64,000 bases of DNA, from contig CAVQGX010000012.1 in assembly GCA_963712115.1 (NCBI GenBank), positions 1 through 64,000 of the forward strand, written 5' to 3'. The notes under the pieces are model-generated. The model did no database searches, was not told the DNA's origin, and worked only from the letters and a program-made list of their open reading frames with translations. Both the position numbers and the translations under genes were made by a program. The stretch comes from an uncultured delta proteobacterium. GTDB taxonomy: Bacteria; Desulfobacterota; Syntrophobacteria; BM002. This document shows positions 61,016 to 64,000 of this stretch, in pieces (the first letter of the stretch is position 1; each line of letters starts with the position of its first letter).

Positions 61016-61246
61016 AAATTAATTCTAGCAACTTTGTGAAGATGATGAAAGGGGTACGTTGTTGTTTTGTTGCGTAATTGGGAAAGATTTTGTAGGATTT
61101 TGGATGTGAGATGTCGGATTTCGAATTTCGAATTGACTCAAAGCTTAATCGAGCTGCTTGCTGCGAGCTGTCTGCTGCCTGCTGATAAGACCCGTTAAAC
61201 AGGCAGAGGGCAAGGAGTCTTCAGGGCGTTGATTTGAAAATCGGGG

Positions 61247-61672
61247 GTGATGTCAGTGATGTATAAGACAGTGGACCAGGGAGGAGACCGACATGTAATA
61301 ATCGATGGAGAATCCCGTGTGGATGAGATGAGGGTCACCCCTAATTTAGCCAACGATCAATTCAAAATTGAGCTGCTCATAGCAGATGATTGTCCAATTA
61401 GGACAAGTTGCGTTCGCATTGAAGAGGGAGTCAACTCGATTTGTAATCATTTGGGTTATGACAGTGTGGATCTCAAAGAATTGCTCTGTCAATATGGGGC
61501 GTCATCAAAGACTCGAGTTGTCAATGAATTATGGGTTGAGGGATGCCCGTTGGGAAAAAACTGTGCTAAATGCAAAGATCTTAGAAGCATAAGCATACCT
61601 CCATCGTTCCAACCGGAAAAATCCCACGCCTATATTACCTGTAAAACAAGGCATAGAAAAAAAGGGAGTTGA
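61247..61672 (+). CDS. Cys-containing hypothetical protein
   Basis: Intact 141-aa ORF. Confidence 0.55.
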   Translation: MMSVMYKTVDQGGDRHVIIDGESRVDEMRVTPNLANDQFKIELLIADDCPIRTSCVRIEEGVNSICNHLGYDSVDLKELLCQYGASSKTRVVNELWVEGCPLGKNCAKCKDLRSISIPPSFQPEKSHAYITCKTRHRKKGS

Positions 61673-61715
61673 GCACCTACTGATTTGCTTGAGTGAGACT
61701 GTCGGAGAATAAAGC

Positions 61716-64000
61716 ATGAAAAGAAAACTGCGAGGACTCAAGCGTAGGGAAACTCAACTGGACCTCAGCCTTTACCGGGTTGACGTGCCCATTGGGGGAT
61801 TGTCCGGCATGAAACTGAGCGTCGTGGATCTCTGGCCGGAGCGGGCCGAGAAGACTATTGTGTTCGTACACGGCTACGCCGGCTGCGCCGAGACATGGGA
61901 ATATCAGATTAACCATTTTGCCCGTGATTATCGTGTTATTGCACCCGACCTCCGAGGCCACGGTCAGAGTGATGCCCCTTTCAGCGAATACACTATGTCT
62001 GAGTTTGTCGATGACATCAACAACATTGCGGCAGTGCTCGAGCTACCGAAGAAGTTCGTTCTGGTCGGTCATTCCTTCGGCGGCTCCATCTGCGTTGAAT
62101 ACGCCCATGCACACCCGCAAAGTTTGGAAAAATTGGTTCTCATTGCTACTGCCGGCGAATACCCCCTGCCGCGTGGAGCCTCCCTTCTGTCTCACGTGCC
62201 GACAGCTGTTTTTCGGCCGTGGTGGAAGTACCGCCCGCGCTGGAATGCCGAGATCCACGTGATGAAACGCATGATGTTAAACAATATGCGCAAGTGGCAG
62301 GGTTGGTCGCTGCTAAAGAATATCCAAACGGACACTCTGATTATTACGGGCGAGCGTGACCGCTACTTTCCTCGCCGAGTTTTTGATGAGGTGAGCAAGA
62401 TGATGCCGGCAGCTGAAGTCATTGACGTTGGCGTCTCAAAGCACAAGGTCCAACTCGAGCGCCACAGGGCGGTCAACCGTGCCATTGAGCGCTTCATTTC
62501 TAAAGGTATTGAGGGACGTCGCATATCCTGGCGCGAGCAATCCGGTCAACCGAAGCTGGAGGAGAGTCGCCCCTGGCTCAATAGTTACGGTACATACACG
62601 CCTCATACAATTCCTATCCCCCGCCAGCCGTTGCCCAGATTCCTCGAAGCAGCGGCGGACAATGTACCGAGGAGAGCAGCGACTATATTCTACGGGGGCA
62701 AGCTGACCTACCAGCAACTCGAATGGCAAGTCAACCAGTTCGGTCATGCCCTGCATGGGCTCGGTGTTCAGCCTAAAGATAGGGTCATGGTGGTGTTACC
62801 CAACATGCCGCAGATGATTGTCGCCTACTACGCAACGCTCAAGGTCGGCGGTGTGGTGGTGCTGCCCAACCCTGACGCTGACGGGCCGGGTATCGTCAGG
62901 CAGATCAAAGAGACCGGTGCGAAGGTACTGGTTACCCTGAGAGAGTTCGGCAGTTTGGCGAGGAGAGTGCAAGAGCAGATCCCAATCACTGTTGTTTTCG
63001 CCGACTTGAGCAGCGCTGTTTCGACAGGTATCCACAAGCAACTACTGGCCCGGTGGAAAGCTGCTGGGCTGGGTGAACAGGAGATGGTCGACGGGGATTA
63101 CGGTGGACACCTAATGGGTGAACTGACAATGGATGCCCCGCGGACGCCGCCAGAGATAGAAGTTTCCACCGAGGATCTGGCCGCCATTCTCTATACCAGT
63201 GGAACCACTGACGAGCCCAAGGGAGTTTGCCTGAGCCACGGAAATCTGGTGGCCAATGCACTCCAGACCCGCCACTGGATTCCCGATCTACATTACGGCC
63301 AGGAGACCTTTCTTTCGGTTATTCCACTGACGCACAGCTACGGGATGAGCACCGCGATGAATATCCCCATTGCTATGGGCGCGACCATTCTGTTGCTCCC
63401 AGTTTTCGAACTGGAGCAGGTACTGGAGCACATCAAGCAATATAAGCCGACTATTCTTCCCGGTGTCCCTTCCATATATATGGCCATCAATCAAGCACCG
63501 GATGTCTACGGTTATGGCCTGTCATCCATAAAGGCATGCGTCAGCGGTGCGGCTCCCCTACCTGTGGAGGTGCAAGAGGCATTTGAGAAGCTCACCAAGG
63601 GCCGTTTGGTTGAAGGTTATGGCTTGACAGAAGCCTCCCCGGTAACACACGTCAATCCCCTTGAGGGACTAAGAAAGGTGGGCTCCATAGGCGTTCCCAT
63701 CCCTAACACGGACGCCAAAATCGTGGACCTGGTGACTAGGGAGGATCTCCCCGCCGGGAAGATCGGCGAGTTGGTGGTCAAAGGGCCTCAGGTCATGCAG
63801 GGTTACTGGAACCCCACCGACGAGGAAGATGGTGAGTCAGTTGTACAAGATGGCTGGCTGTTCACCGGCGACGTGGCCGTGATGGACCCTGACGGTTTTG
63901 CCCAAATCATCAGCCGAAAGCGAGATACCATCCTGGCCGGTGATTACAGCGTCTATCCACGGGACGTGGAAGAGGTGCTCTACGAGAACAGCAAAGTCAT
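61716..64000 (+). CDS. alpha/beta hydrolase - long-chain acyl-CoA ligase fusion (runs off window end; absent from ORF track)
   Basis: Manual translation: FVHGYAG, DLRGHG, GHSFGG, then in frame LYTSGTTDEPKG, EGYGLTE, WLFTGD. Confidence 0.88.
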   Translation, partial: MKRKLRGLKRRETQLDLSLYRVDVPIGGLSGMKLSVVDLWPERAEKTIVFVHGYAGCAETWEYQINHFARDYRVIAPDLRGHGQSDAPFSEYTMSEFVDDINNIAAVLELPKKFVLVGHSFGGSICVEYAHAHPQSLEKLVLIATAGEYPLPRGASLLSHVPTAVFRPWWKYRPRWNAEIHVMKRMMLNNMRKWQGWSLLKNIQTDTLIITGERDRYFPRRVFDEVSKMMPAAEVIDVGVSKHKVQLERHRAVNRAIERFISKGIEGRRISWREQSGQPKLEESRPWLNSYGTYTPHTIPIPRQPLPRFLEAAADNVPRRAATIFYGGKLTYQQLEWQVNQFGHALHGLGVQPKDRVMVVLPNMPQMIVAYYATLKVGGVVVLPNPDADGPGIVRQIKETGAKVLVTLREFGSLARRVQEQIPITVVFADLSSAVSTGIHKQLLARWKAAGLGEQEMVDGDYGGHLMGELTMDAPRTPPEIEVSTEDLAAILYTSGTTDEPKGVCLSHGNLVANALQTRHWIPDLHYGQETFLSVIPLTHSYGMSTAMNIPIAMGATILLLPVFELEQVLEHIKQYKPTILPGVPSIYMAINQAPDVYGYGLSSIKACVSGAAPLPVEVQEAFEKLTKGRLVEGYGLTEASPVTHVNPLEGLRKVGSIGVPIPNTDAKIVDLVTREDLPAGKIGELVVKGPQVMQGYWNPTDEEDGESVVQDGWLFTGDVAVMDPDGFAQIISRKRDTILAGDYSVYPRDVEEVLYENSKV

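Overview
Bacterial window whose gene content suggests Desulfobacterota/deltaproteobacteria (inference). Positions 1-~5.8 kb hold tRNA-Leu(CAA) directly abutted at its 5' end by a tyrosine integrase, followed by a DUF932 gene, a ribbon-helix-helix regulator and an intact IS4-family element with a 9-bp target duplication. Positions 5.8-20.2 kb form a co-oriented cluster that is the best candidate for an undescribed system: a giant beta-propeller surface protein with a frameshifted CFI-box-type anchor, a FadL/PorV-like outer-membrane barrel, a TPR-Ig-CsgG lipoprotein, an ECF sigma, a soluble zinc anti-sigma, a class III cyclase-CHAT protease-TM-TPR-CsgG fusion (cyclase with guanylyl-like E/G residues) and an NKFDE GAF protein with a Cys-rich tail. 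Positions 20-23.6 kb contain decaying genes (PilZ, M23) and a TIR protein with Gln at the catalytic Glu position. Positions 23.6-64 kb are a patchwork of housekeeping and envelope genes (typA, tex, sirtuin, pldA, lepA, spy-ECF operon, glgB, TlpA, a histidine kinase, a hydrolase-acyl-CoA ligase fusion). These are separated by mosaic short-repeat spacers, a MITE-like palindrome and three copies of a promoter motif resembling WYL/PafBC-activated promoters. No CRISPR array or rRNA was seen. All family calls come from motif recognition by eye, not database searches.
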